Shown: one piece after another, positions 43,022 through 52,037 of the stretch
Numbering within the stretch: position 1 is the first letter of the stretch
Layout: each line of letters opens with the position of its first letter
Source: a virus
Length of the DNA stretch: 64,000 nucleotides
Virus record (IMG/VR): IMGVR_UViG_3300045988_134583
Coordinates: 9,820-73,819 of that record
Direction: 5' to 3' (one strand)
Position numbers and translations under genes: made by a program
Notes under the pieces: generated by a model
The model's database searches: none
Seen by the model: only the letters and a program-made list of their open reading frames with translations
What the model was told of the DNA's origin: nothing

Positions 43022-44020
43022 TCACCACCCGAAATCCTTTCCTGTCTCGTACTCGCTGGGGTCGATACGGGGCTTGCCCTTTTCGACCGACCTGTTCAGG
43101 TATCCCTCGAACTTTGTGGGTCTGAACAGGGTTTCCGGGCGGAAGTATTGCTCCATCTCCGTGTTCTTCCATGCATCCCACATTTTTTTGACGACGGTCT
43201 TGCAGTCCTCTACGCTGTACCCTTCTCCCAATCTGGCCAGCACACGATCCCGGTTTGATTTTATGTGCCGGTATTTTTTTCCGGATACGGAGTTCATGTA
43301 GTCTATTACCGTATCTGCATCCGTGTAATTCACACTTGGTTTCTCACTCGGAGTAGGAGTAAGTGTTACTTGGTTATCTCTAACAAGACTGTTACCCGGT
43401 ATTGCTACTTGAGTGTCTATATCGTTACTAACTTGTGAAGGATTTAGAGATAAGTCTTTCTCGTTGTTAGAAGATATATATATATAATCTTTTTCTTTGG
43501 TTCTTTCTTTTTCTGCGTTACATGTAACGTTACATTCCGTTACTGTAACGTTACGTAACGTTACATCTTCCTCGGGAGTTGATCCCTCACAAAGCTGCGC
43601 GTTTCCTTCCGGTTCCGGAAGTCCCTGCTGTTTTTTCCTCTCCCGATGCTCCTTGACCCGTATCCTTGTTTGCTCCCTGATTCTTTCAATTTCGTCGTCT
43701 TTCTGGTATTCTTCCCATCCGTTGATCTGCAAAATGGTGTCTGGATTGGTTTGAACCATGTTCAGACTTTCAAAGGCAGCTAAAGCGAATTTCACGATGT
43801 TTTCATCAAAACCCAGCTCGTCGGCAAGCGATTTTGTGGTATACGGAACGTTCTCTGTCAGGAAGATCATCCCATTGGCGCTGCACCGGCCTGCCATTGT
43901 AAGCAGCATTATCCAAATCAGGACGATGCTGTTACCTTCCGGGAGCTTCCGCAAATACTTGATTTTGCGGTTATCAAACATATCGGTTGTTATTTTAACC
44001 CACTCGACTTTGCCACTCAT
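43022..44020 (-). CDS. phage replisome organizer (N-terminal domain) + conserved phage C-terminal domain
   Basis: WVKITTDMFDNRKIKYLRKLPEGNSIVLIWIMLL is the replisome-organizer N-terminal signature. The C-terminus YMNSVSGKKYR...VLARL..GYSVEDCKTVV is DnaD-like. Confidence 0.75.
   Translation of the reverse strand: MSGKVEWVKITTDMFDNRKIKYLRKLPEGNSIVLIWIMLLTMAGRCSANGMIFLTENVPYTTKSLADELGFDENIVKFALAAFESLNMVQTNPDTILQINGWEEYQKDDEIERIREQTRIRVKEHRERKKQQGLPEPEGNAQLCEGSTPEEDVTLRNVTVTECNVTCNAEKERTKEKDYIYISSNNEKDLSLNPSQVSNDIDTQVAIPGNSLVRDNQVTLTPTPSEKPSVNYTDADTVIDYMNSVSGKKYRHIKSNRDRVLARLGEGYSVEDCKTVVKKMWDAWKNTEMEQYFRPETLFRPTKFEGYLNRSVEKGKPRIDPSEYETGKDFGW
43473..43566. repeat. putative origin of replication: AT-rich tract + GTAACGTTAC iterons inside the organizer gene
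   Basis: (AT)n at 43473-43488. GTAACGTTAC at 43524, 43545 and 43555, plus partial CGTTAC copies at 43516 and 43538. Confidence 0.5.
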
Positions 44021-44023
44021 AGC

Positions 44024-44326
44024 TCACGCCTCCTGCCCACTAATCGTGTACCAGCTCATCCTATCCATCGGGTTTTGGCTGTAATTTCCCGTGAGTACAA
44101 GCCCTTTTTCCACCAGCTTTTGGATGGCGATGCCTATCTGGCGTTCCGTCATATACGGAAAAATATCGGCGAACATGCGCTTTGAAACACAGATCCAGAA
44201 GTGCCCGTCGTGGAAATTCTTTCCGGTAGCTTTATTCTGCTCTACCCATGACCTTATCATCTCAAAAACGGTTGCCGAATTGGTTCCACAGAGTGCGGCA
44301 ATTTCAGTGTCAAAAACGTGCTTCAT
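44024..44326 (-). CDS. winged-helix-like replication-module protein
   Basis: 100-aa ORF upstream of the organizer gene. The helix-turn-helix-like segment is a weak call. Confidence 0.45.
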   Translation of the reverse strand: MKHVFDTEIAALCGTNSATVFEMIRSWVEQNKATGKNFHDGHFWICVSKRMFADIFPYMTERQIGIAIQKLVEKGLVLTGNYSQNPMDRMSWYTISGQEA

Positions 44327-44328
44327 GC

Positions 44329-44895
44329 TTACCCTCCAAATTTGCTTAGTTCTCTTTGTTTTTCCATGTACTCCCGAAGATCCTGCGCTCCGGGTATTTC
44401 ACCCTTCCGCACTATCTGGTCGAACATCTGGGAGTTAGATCGCTCGATTACTGCGTTCTTCCGGGCGCAGAACTGCCTACCATCCGCTGAGTAGGGCGGG
44501 ATAATCATGTCCGCTTCGATGATGAAGAACGTCTGCTTCTTGTACTGCGAGTAGAGTTTATCGTACACCAATGAGCCGTAAACGCAAACCGGATCTCCCT
44601 TCATGAGGTACTGAATCCCCTCTGCGTATACGTCACGCACCTGCACCCGCATATTTTCGGTTCTGGATACTCCAGAGAAGTTAATCCACATCCGGACTAC
44701 AAAAACTTTCTCCCGACGCTTTGCTCCCCAGCCTTCGGTCTTGATGTAGCCCTTTTGGGGGTCGGACATAAGAGTGCCCCACCCCCAGCAGGGAAGCTGG
44801 AATTGCCTCGGTCTCGTTTGCGCATAACTATTCACTTCTCCCGGCGTGGCGAATACGAAGTTATTCCGTTTATGCGAATAGACAAACAGGGGCAT
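44329..44895 (-). CDS. hypothetical protein (188 aa)
   Basis: Start at the ATG overlapping the upstream TGA (TGATG), behind GGAGGGG. Confidence 0.5.
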   Translation of the reverse strand: MPLFVYSHKRNNFVFATPGEVNSYAQTRPRQFQLPCWGWGTLMSDPQKGYIKTEGWGAKRREKVFVVRMWINFSGVSRTENMRVQVRDVYAEGIQYLMKGDPVCVYGSLVYDKLYSQYKKQTFFIIEADMIIPPYSADGRQFCARKNAVIERSNSQMFDQIVRKGEIPGAQDLREYMEKQRELSKFGG

Positions 44896-45353
44896 CAGAT
44901 CCCCTCCATTATCTTTTTTGCCCAGCAGTATTCTGTCTCGATGATGCATCCGGCAGCGGCAAAATCGGCCACGGATTTTACGGCATCGGCAGTGGCAATA
45001 TCCTTGGCTATTTCTTCCGTCTCGGCCTTTACATCGAAGTCCTTGACCTGTACGCTGACACAGGTGCCGTCGGTCTCCTTAACCGTAACTACGACGGATA
45101 CCTTGTACCAGTTCTTTACAACGTTGAACCGGACAGAGCCAGCGGAACGGGTGTCTGCATCAATGCAGAATTTCTCCGTTCTTCCGGAATAATCCGCAGA
45201 AACCTTCATGGATTCAAGAGGGTTCTGGATGCGGTTTTCGAGGATATCCAGCACGTCCATCTTGTCCGTCCAGTTGGCCTTGCGAAGCTTGTTAATGATG
45301 CTCAAAACATACTCCTGCGGAATGTAAATGTTGGATTCAATCTTTCTTTCCAT
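44895..45353 (-). CDS. hypothetical protein (152 aa)
   Basis: Start set at MERKIESN behind AAAGGGAA. Confidence 0.5.
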   Translation of the reverse strand: MERKIESNIYIPQEYVLSIINKLRKANWTDKMDVLDILENRIQNPLESMKVSADYSGRTEKFCIDADTRSAGSVRFNVVKNWYKVSVVVTVKETDGTCVSVQVKDFDVKAETEEIAKDIATADAVKSVADFAAAGCIIETEYCWAKKIMEGI

Positions 45354-45528
45354 TGCTCTTTGTTCCCTTTCTGCGTAGTGCGATATAGTGGTCAAAACCA
45401 ACCCAAAGGTAGAACCTGAACGTCCTCTGAAAGTGCTCGTCCAGATAATAAGAGGGACGATAGAAGAAGTAAAAGCGGCGTCTGTTTGAGTGCCGTTTGC
45501 CCCAGCAGAAGCGTCCTATACAATGCAT
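45337..45528 (-). CDS. possible small basic Cys/aromatic-rich protein (63 aa)
   Basis: ATG 7 nt after GGAGG (MHCIGRFCWGKRH...). Odd composition, so it may be spurious. Confidence 0.25.
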   Translation of the reverse strand: MHCIGRFCWGKRHSNRRRFYFFYRPSYYLDEHFQRTFRFYLWVGFDHYIALRRKGTKSNGKKD

Positions 45529-45565
45529 AGAAGTCCTCCGTATACATGAATTATTATCCAAATAA

Positions 45566-46300
45566 TCAGTCGTTTGTTTTCCAACCGATGATGCCGCACA
45601 GTTTCTCGTCCAGACGGATTCCGTCGGTATGATACTTCGCATCGAAGGTGGTCTGGCCTATGGAATGTGCTTCCCGATGATGTTCCCGGCACAGCGGCTC
45701 TACAAGCTGCCCTAAGTGCGCTATTTGCCCTCTATTTCGCCCCATGCCCACCGCCTCGACTTCGTGTACGTCTGCGGGCTTTCCACAGATACAGCACCGT
45801 TTATTTGCCACACAGGCGTACATATACCGGGTTATATCGCTGGCACGATTCAAAAGGCTTTCGGAGCATGGAATCGCATTCTCCACACAGAGGTTTACGA
45901 GCCAGTCTATAAAGTCCGATGCGGTGGATTGATCTATTGTGTTTTCAGATCTGGCAGACAGGGAAAAGAAGTCTATTCCGGTTAATCGACAATAGTTATT
46001 GGTGAGGATGAAGCGTACTTCCTCACTGTCTGCGGTATCGATCAGATAGTTGAGTTCCAGGGCGTTCATTGTTTCCGCTATGACGTGTCGTTTCTCCGCA
46101 TAGCCGGAAATGAAGGAGGTAATATCGTGTACAAGGGCATGGATACAGCGCCGCTGCGCCGGGGTAATTTCCCGTGCGTCCTTCAAGATCACTTCGACCT
46201 CCGAGCTTTTATCCAGGACGTCGCTGATATCTCCGAGTATGGGGCACGAGATATAGAGCACCCCCGCACGTTCGTCAAAAGCGTTTATTGTTCCTTTCAT
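45566..46300 (-). CDS. putative HNHc-type nuclease (phage recombination module)
   Basis: C-terminus CCICGKPADVHEVEAVGMGRNR...LCREHHREAH is a Cys/His nuclease motif of the family found next to RecT. Confidence 0.6.
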   Translation of the reverse strand: MKGTINAFDERAGVLYISCPILGDISDVLDKSSEVEVILKDAREITPAQRRCIHALVHDITSFISGYAEKRHVIAETMNALELNYLIDTADSEEVRFILTNNYCRLTGIDFFSLSARSENTIDQSTASDFIDWLVNLCVENAIPCSESLLNRASDITRYMYACVANKRCCICGKPADVHEVEAVGMGRNRGQIAHLGQLVEPLCREHHREAHSIGQTTFDAKYHTDGIRLDEKLCGIIGWKTND

Positions 46301-46328
46301 ACGGGGGATGCTCCTTTACTGTTGTTCT

Positions 46329-47192
46329 TTATGCGAGAGGATCTGCCTCCATGGTCTGGTCTATGGTAACAGCGGGTTCTTCGGGGACTTCTACGGCCTC
46401 TGTTACGATTTCGCCGCCCTTAACAACGCCGATAGATTCATCCGTTTCGAACGCACGAATGAGTTCCGTGGACATGATGCCCCATTTGGAAATGATCTGT
46501 CTGAGAAGGGTCTTACATCCCATGTCGTCAAACGCGGTGTACCAAAATGAAGAATATTTCCACATTTCCGACTGCGGGATTTCTCCCCTTTGCAGCTTTT
46601 CATACGCTTCCTTACTGAAAGCCTTTGAATATTTGTCCGCATGGGCAAGCATTTTCTGGTAAGACCAGTACATGGCCTTCCTAAACCCGTTAAGATATTC
46701 GAAGAAGCAGTAGTAGCCTATCGTCTTTGCTTTTTCTCTGGCTTCTTCATCCTCTATGAGGTTTACTTCGATTTCTTCTGAAAGCGGATCGAAGCTTACG
46801 AGTTCTCCTTCTTTGATGGGAAGAACGTTAATTTTCTTGTAATATCCGCTTCGAATAGCAAGTTGGACATATCCTTTATACCCCATTTGAAAGGTGGCCA
46901 CCTTGCATCCACGCTTTTTATCGTCATACGGAACCATGTAAAACATTCCGAGCTGGGGAGAGGGCGAAAGGTTGAGCGCTTCGCCCAGCAAACCGGCAGA
47001 CAATATGGTGGATGCCTCACACTCTTGCAGTTTAGGATTTACGGAAACCGCCGAAGTGATGGAAGCTATGAACCTGGCCGAACGCTTGGGATCTCCGATT
47101 GTCTGGTTGATGAGATTCTTGTAGCCTTCGCTTTGAATAGCTACGCTGAATTTGGGTCTCTGATTCTTGGTAAGAGAATTGTTAGTTGCCAT
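46329..47192 (-). CDS. recT: RecT-family single-strand annealing protein
   Basis: ...GMFYMVPYDDKKRGCKVATFQMGYKGYVQLAIRSGYYKKI... is the RecT core. Paired with a YqaJ exonuclease gene. Confidence 0.75.
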   Translation of the reverse strand: MATNNSLTKNQRPKFSVAIQSEGYKNLINQTIGDPKRSARFIASITSAVSVNPKLQECEASTILSAGLLGEALNLSPSPQLGMFYMVPYDDKKRGCKVATFQMGYKGYVQLAIRSGYYKKINVLPIKEGELVSFDPLSEEIEVNLIEDEEAREKAKTIGYYCFFEYLNGFRKAMYWSYQKMLAHADKYSKAFSKEAYEKLQRGEIPQSEMWKYSSFWYTAFDDMGCKTLLRQIISKWGIMSTELIRAFETDESIGVVKGGEIVTEAVEVPEEPAVTIDQTMEADPLA

Positions 47193-47195
47193 TGA

Positions 47196-47414
47196 TTATG
47201 GCTCCTTTCTGTATAATTTAAGCCGTTTGGTAAGGGAAACAATCTGCTCTTGCAGCTGCTCAATCGTGGCCTGCTGTTTAAGGCATAGATCGTCCAGCTC
47301 TTTCAGTGTCTTGTCCTGATACTCGATAAGTGCTGCGGAAATCTCGCAGGCATTGAGAATATCCGTTATGCTGGTGGATTCCCGCAGCGTTTGAAGGAGA
47401 GTGAATTTGTTCAC
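47196..47414 (-). CDS. hypothetical coiled-coil protein (72 aa)
   Basis: Overlaps the upstream stop by 4 nt. Confidence 0.45.
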   Translation of the reverse strand: MNKFTLLQTLRESTSITDILNACEISAALIEYQDKTLKELDDLCLKQQATIEQLQEQIVSLTKRLKLYRKEP

Positions 47415-48283
47415 TTAACACTCCCGTACCGGATGCCATTCCGCAGAAGGAAGTCCCGCAGAGCTGCTTTCTGTGCATCGTTTACCCACACCCGGAAATC
47501 AATCTGCTGCAATGGCTTGGGTGTTTCCAGCACGTCCTCTTCAAAATCAACTTTATCCACAACGGCGTCAAGTTCTTCAACTTCCTCCACGTCGGGGTTT
47601 GGTTGTTCCACAGGAGCCTGCGCCTTGGCCTGTTCCGCCTGACGGATGCGCTCTGCGGCTTCCTCTTCCCGTTTTCTGGCCGTTTCCAGTGTAGTGTTAT
47701 GTCGGATAACATCAGCAATGGAAAGGGTCAAATAGTACCGCTGTACAAGCTCTATAGAGAAGGGAGAATCCATCTTGCGGATAGTTTCCAGATCGTCCCG
47801 GATACCGTTCAGGCGGTCGCTGATGTCCGTTTCCACCTGCGCCATCTTGTAGGTACGGTTAAGCCACTTCGGATTCCAGATTTTATCCAGAGAGATGTGT
47901 TCGGCCAATTCTCCGGCGGTAATGGCATAGAACTTCTCGATCTGAGACTGCTTTTCCTTGATCTCCGCGTCCTCGAAAGCCTTGACCTGTGTGTTGATAT
48001 TATCGATGCCCAAATGGATGATGCCCGTGATCTCCTTCATCCGGGCTTCAAACTCCTTGTAGGGCTTCTCGCATTCCTTCTTAATGGCCTTGCGCTGATC
48101 TTCCAGCGCGGATTCCAGTTTACGAAGGTTGGCAAGATCCTTTTTCGCGGCAGTAACACCATCTGCGGTGACGAGGACGGACTGATAAGGTTCCATTCTC
48201 TCGGCTATTTCTGCCTTCAACTGCTCCCAATTCCAGGAAATAGGCGTAGACTTAATAGGGGACACGATCATTTCAAGTGCCAT
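47411..48283 (-). CDS. DUF1351-like recombination-module protein
   Basis: 290 aa, with N-terminus ...WNWEQLKAEIAERMEPYQSVLVTADGVTAAKKDLANLRKL... as in siphophage DUF1351 proteins. Confidence 0.5.
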   Translation of the reverse strand: MALEMIVSPIKSTPISWNWEQLKAEIAERMEPYQSVLVTADGVTAAKKDLANLRKLESALEDQRKAIKKECEKPYKEFEARMKEITGIIHLGIDNINTQVKAFEDAEIKEKQSQIEKFYAITAGELAEHISLDKIWNPKWLNRTYKMAQVETDISDRLNGIRDDLETIRKMDSPFSIELVQRYYLTLSIADVIRHNTTLETARKREEEAAERIRQAEQAKAQAPVEQPNPDVEEVEELDAVVDKVDFEEDVLETPKPLQQIDFRVWVNDAQKAALRDFLLRNGIRYGSVK

Positions 48284-48363
48284 AGCGTTCGATTCTCCTT
48301 ATTTGATTTTCAATTTGTTCGGAAAGTGATGAAATGAGTAAGATGGGGTAACAAGTGATACAG

Positions 48364-49023
48364 TTAGATTTCGGGCAGGATCAGGGGTGGGCGTTTGTCG
48401 GCTTCCACATATCCCCAGAACTTGGTTTCCTCTTTCAGGAGCCATTCCATGCCGTCGGCAACGTTCTGGTCGGTACGGTCTATCCGATATTCCCGAACCA
48501 CCCATTCATTCTGCCCCATAAGGAGCGCATACAGTATAACAAAATCCCATCCTGTGGCAAGGAGTTGGTGTACGGTCTGGCAGAAGTATCCCTGCGGGTA
48601 GCCGTCCTTCCATTCGTCCCATTGTGCCCTTGTAGTCAGTGTAGCGGTTTTGATTTCCAGTATGCCGTGGTTGGCTCCGTAATGAGTCGGTGAATCCGTG
48701 TAAAGTTCTCCGTCCAGCGTGGCTCTCAGCCATGGCCGCTCCGAAAGATAGAGGATATCGAACTGGTTGTAGGAAAGCTGGTATTCCGGGTGCTTGACCT
48801 TGAACATTTCCCGCATAACCGGCTCCATTTTGTTGCCGAACTCGATGAACCTATTGTTTACGCGCTTGGATTTTTTGTGTCCAGCCATGATCTCCCAAAG
48901 CTCCTGATTGGTTTGCCACTTTGAGATTCCTACGGCTGCGGCTGCGCTGGATGCTCCGATTCCGGTAGTCCTTCCGGCCAGCCAGTCCTCTCTGTTTGTA
49001 AAGTGCAGTCTTTCAAGGGGCAT
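48364..49023 (-). CDS. YqaJ-like (lambda Exo-type) recombination exonuclease
   Basis: REDWLAGRTTGIGASSAAAAVGISKWQTNQELW... and the later D/E/K motifs are typical of YqaJ. Confidence 0.7.
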   Translation of the reverse strand: MPLERLHFTNREDWLAGRTTGIGASSAAAAVGISKWQTNQELWEIMAGHKKSKRVNNRFIEFGNKMEPVMREMFKVKHPEYQLSYNQFDILYLSERPWLRATLDGELYTDSPTHYGANHGILEIKTATLTTRAQWDEWKDGYPQGYFCQTVHQLLATGWDFVILYALLMGQNEWVVREYRIDRTDQNVADGMEWLLKEETKFWGYVEADKRPPLILPEI

Positions 49024-49046
49024 GTCCGCATATCACCTCCTTAATT

Positions 49047-49271
49047 TCAGTCCCATTCAGACACACATTTGACGGTTATGCATTCGTCACAGCCTACCAC
49101 ATCCCCGAAGTCGTTTTCGTACAGGCGCTCCGGGAGATTATTGCCGCAGACCGGGCAGCACACACGCTTCTTCTTACTGTCTCTCCATTCCTCCGGGGTC
49201 ATTCCGGTACGCTCCATAAGGGCAATATCGGGATGATCTGGGAACATAGGATCGTTTGCTTTGTAACTCAT
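49047..49271 (-). CDS. small zinc-ribbon protein (74 aa)
   Basis: ATGA overlap with the sigma factor stop. CCPVCG...GCDEC. Confidence 0.45.
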   Translation of the reverse strand: MSYKANDPMFPDHPDIALMERTGMTPEEWRDSKKKRVCCPVCGNNLPERLYENDFGDVVGCDECITVKCVSEWD

Positions 49272-50080
49272 GCCGCATAACTCCTGTAACCACGCATGAA
49301 GTAGCAGAGGTAATTCAACGCTTCCTGATCTTTCATTCCAACCCATGTGTGAGACATTTTCAGCTTCTTCCCAATCTCCCGCATAGGGATATTAAGACAG
49401 TAGTGCATGTAAACAATCTTCTTGCAATCTTCGGTAAGGTGTTTAAGGGAGTTTTCCAGATCGACCCGCAGATTGGAATAGTCCTCGAAGGGAGCGTCAG
49501 ATGCGAGGGTATCCATAATGGTTTTCACGCCTTCCCGGTCATTGCAGATAGGAGCGTCCAGATAGGAAACGCCGACGTAGGAGGAAATGAGCAGATAGTA
49601 ATCGTACTCAGACATTCCCATCTCATGAGCCACGGCCTCGTTAGCGGTTTTGGCATCGCCCTCTTTCAGCAGCGTGGAGAATCGCTTGATTGCCTTACGG
49701 GCTTTGGCTCTGTCGTGCTCCGGAATATGCAGCTGAGCGCAGTTACGCTCGTAAACGGTGAACTCACCCTTGATCTTGTAATAGGCGAAGGTGGAGAATT
49801 TAACGGAAGAATCCAAACTGAACTGGTCTACCGCCTTGCAAAGCCCCATGCACCCGGTCTGGATGCAATCTTCCCAATCGGGAGTACAGCTGCCGTAGTG
49901 GTCGTTTATATACTTGGCTACGAGGCGCATGTTCCCTTCGATGCACTTTTCTCTGGCCTGATCGTCCCCGGCGTGTGCGAGGCGGATAAGGCGCATGGAT
50001 TCTTCGTTGGAGATAGAAGGATAATCTTTCAGGTCGATAAAGAACCTGTTTTCCATTTCGCGGTACTTACTCTTGCACAT
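49268..50080 (-). CDS. sigma-70 family RNA polymerase sigma factor
   Basis: Region 2: NMRLVAKYINDHY...EDCIQTGCMGLCKAVDQFSLDSSVKFSTFAYYKIKGE. Region 4: LTEDCKKIVYMHYCLNIPMREIGKKLKMSHTWV. Confidence 0.75.
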   Translation of the reverse strand: MCKSKYREMENRFFIDLKDYPSISNEESMRLIRLAHAGDDQAREKCIEGNMRLVAKYINDHYGSCTPDWEDCIQTGCMGLCKAVDQFSLDSSVKFSTFAYYKIKGEFTVYERNCAQLHIPEHDRAKARKAIKRFSTLLKEGDAKTANEAVAHEMGMSEYDYYLLISSYVGVSYLDAPICNDREGVKTIMDTLASDAPFEDYSNLRVDLENSLKHLTEDCKKIVYMHYCLNIPMREIGKKLKMSHTWVGMKDQEALNYLCYFMRGYRSYAA

Positions 50081-50846
50081 ATTGTCTGCTTTCCTCCGTA
50101 GCCAGAAATTTATTGACGAAATAAAGCTGCCCCTTCCCGGTAATGACGGGTGTCTTATTGATGATCGTGCCGGAAGGAGTGGAAACGGTTCTTTCCTTGA
50201 TCTCCATCAATCCAAGCTCCATGCTGTACTGGGTAGGCATGTTCTTTGACTGCCCATCCTTCATAAGGTATCCGCTGCTTCTTAACCAATCGAACATCCG
50301 GGTTCGGCCAATGTCCACGCCGTTCTGACGGATGATCTTTGCCAGATCGCCTACGAGGATGGTGCTTTCGGAAGTACCTACCGAATCAGCGAACAGGACT
50401 TTTGGAGCGTTCTCCTTCTCCCTTGCTTCCAACGCTTTGCGCTTTTCCGTTTCCTCTTTCAGGGCGGTAGCCAGCTTAATGAGGTAGTCGGGGTTGAGCA
50501 GTGCGGCTTCAAGAGTTTCGGGGGTAAGGTAGGCACCGTGTTTACGGATTGTGGGTAACACTTCATCAAATACCCAGCGTTCAAACTTCTCAGCGGTGGG
50601 GAGCTTACTATGCGTTATGAGACGGTATACATCGCCCTCTGCGATAAACAGCATTTCCTGTTCCCCGCCGTTTGTAGGGATACGCCGTTTTAGCGTACCC
50701 TTTGCATGACGAGCAACTGCTTCGTTTGGTCTACTGTATCCGAGCGCCCTCGCAACATCGGATCCGCAGAACAACGGCTTCCCGTTTTCCTCGATCGTTC
50801 GTACTTCACCAAACTGTTCATTACGGAATACTTGCATCTCTTCCAT
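50067..50846 (-). CDS. Bro-N + KilAC-type antirepressor
   Basis: VFRNEQFGEVRTIEENGKPLFCGSDVARALGY...KLPTAEKFERWVFDEVLPTIRKHG. C-terminus ILVGDLAKIIRQNGVDIGRTRMFDWLRSSGYL. Confidence 0.8.
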   Translation of the reverse strand: MEEMQVFRNEQFGEVRTIEENGKPLFCGSDVARALGYSRPNEAVARHAKGTLKRRIPTNGGEQEMLFIAEGDVYRLITHSKLPTAEKFERWVFDEVLPTIRKHGAYLTPETLEAALLNPDYLIKLATALKEETEKRKALEAREKENAPKVLFADSVGTSESTILVGDLAKIIRQNGVDIGRTRMFDWLRSSGYLMKDGQSKNMPTQYSMELGLMEIKERTVSTPSGTIINKTPVITGKGQLYFVNKFLATEESRQYVQE

Positions 50847-50862
50847 GGTATAGTTCCTTTCT

Positions 50863-51093
50863 TTATTTACTTTTTGCCGAAGGTGTGTTATCCTGAGTTG
50901 ATACAGTAGAAAAGAGTTTTCTCGGGTCTGTATAGTCGTAAAGTTCCAGCAGCTTTATCAGAACATCGTAGGACGGTTTTCGTTCCCCCTTTTCCATGAG
51001 GCGAACCGCTTCTGCGGATACTCCAATCAAAGAAGATACATAGGCTCTGCTCCATCCACGAGTTCTTCTTTCTTCTTCTATTGCAAGGATCAC
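50863..51093 (-). CDS. XRE-family HTH regulator (76 aa)
   Basis: GTG start behind AAGGAG. GWSRAYVSSLIGVSAEAVRLMEKGERKPSYDVLIKLLELY. Confidence 0.65.
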   Translation of the reverse strand: MILAIEEERRTRGWSRAYVSSLIGVSAEAVRLMEKGERKPSYDVLIKLLELYDYTDPRKLFSTVSTQDNTPSAKSK

Positions 51094-51182
51094 TGGTTAC
51101 TCCTTTCTCCTTGCACGCTCCAACTCTCGGTTGGAATAGTTACATAATAGCAACTTTAAGTTGGAAAGTCAAGGTGTGTTTT

Positions 51183-51404
51183 ATGTCTTACAGAGAAATT
51201 TTTTCAGAGAGATTTTCCAGTCTGCGCATAAAGAGCGGAATCAGCAGAAGCCAAATGGGAAAAATACTCGGCGTCTCAAACGAAGCAATAAGGCTTATGG
51301 AAATAGGAATGAGAGCGCCCGGCTTCGAAATGTTTCTGGCGATTGCAGACTACTTCAACGTTTCGTTGGACTACTTAACAGGTAGGGATTCCAAAGAAGA
51401 ATAA
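51183..51404 (+). CDS. XRE-family HTH regulator (73 aa)
   Basis: FSSLRIKSGISRSQMGKILGVSNEAIRLMEIGMRAPGFEMFLAIADYFNVSLDYL. Confidence 0.6.
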   Translation: MSYREIFSERFSSLRIKSGISRSQMGKILGVSNEAIRLMEIGMRAPGFEMFLAIADYFNVSLDYLTGRDSKEE

Positions 51405-51405
51405 A

Positions 51406-51681
51406 ATGTTCAAGGATAGGTTTCGCTCGGCTCGTATTTACCGAGGATATACCTTGCAAGAAGTTGCAGACAATTTAGGAATGGCATTAAGGTCGATACA
51501 GAAGTATGAAGGCGGAAACAGAGAGCCGGACTTTTCTACTCTGGTAGAAATTGCGGACTTATTCGATGTCCCTACCGACTTCCTGCTCGAACGGGATGAT
51601 TATCTTCGTTCTCTCGGAGTATCCGTTGATGTACCCCCAGAATGTCCTCTAAGGCGTCCCAAACCTCAAAAGAACCATTGA
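51406..51681 (+). CDS. XRE-family HTH regulator (91 aa)
   Basis: RIYRGYTLQEVADNLGMALRSIQKYEGGNREPDFSTLVEIADLFDVPTDFLL. Its 3' tail overlaps the convergent gene 51572..51793. Confidence 0.6.
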   Translation: MFKDRFRSARIYRGYTLQEVADNLGMALRSIQKYEGGNREPDFSTLVEIADLFDVPTDFLLERDDYLRSLGVSVDVPPECPLRRPKPQKNH

Positions 51682-51793
51682 GGTCTGCATACTCTATCTT
51701 CTGATAGTGACGAAGGGAAAGCCCCAAAGCGTCCGCAATAGACTGCTGGGTGTATCCGTGTTCTTCCCGGGCTTTTTTCAGTTTGCTCCGCAT
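51572..51793 (-). CDS. XRE-family HTH regulator (73 aa)
   Basis: LKKAREEHGYTQQSIADALGLSLRHYQKIE. Confidence 0.6.
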   Translation of the reverse strand: MRSKLKKAREEHGYTQQSIADALGLSLRHYQKIEYADLNGSFEVWDALEDILGVHQRILRENEDNHPVRAGSR

Positions 51794-51804
51794 GACCGGC
51801 CTCC

Positions 51805-52026
51805 TTATGCATCCTCAAAAAACTTAGTAACGGGAACCCGCATCTTCTTTGCAATGCTGTCCAGCTCCCCTAATGTTATGTCCGCAGGATTCTTTCGCCT
51901 GCGTTCCAGTGTTCTGCCGGAAAATCGTGCCCAAAGAGAAAGCTCGGCGTCGCTTACCCCTCGAATCTTGGCGTTGTACTCTACGGACGCAAGCACTCGT
52001 TCCGGTGCGGTAGTCTTGCTGGCCAT
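51805..52026 (-). CDS. small HTH-like protein (73 aa)
   Basis: ...AELSLWARFSGRTLERRRKNPADITLGELDSIAKKMRVPV... is HTH-like. Weak call. Confidence 0.45.
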   Translation of the reverse strand: MASKTTAPERVLASVEYNAKIRGVSDAELSLWARFSGRTLERRRKNPADITLGELDSIAKKMRVPVTKFFEDA

Positions 52027-52037
52027 CCCTTCCCCTC

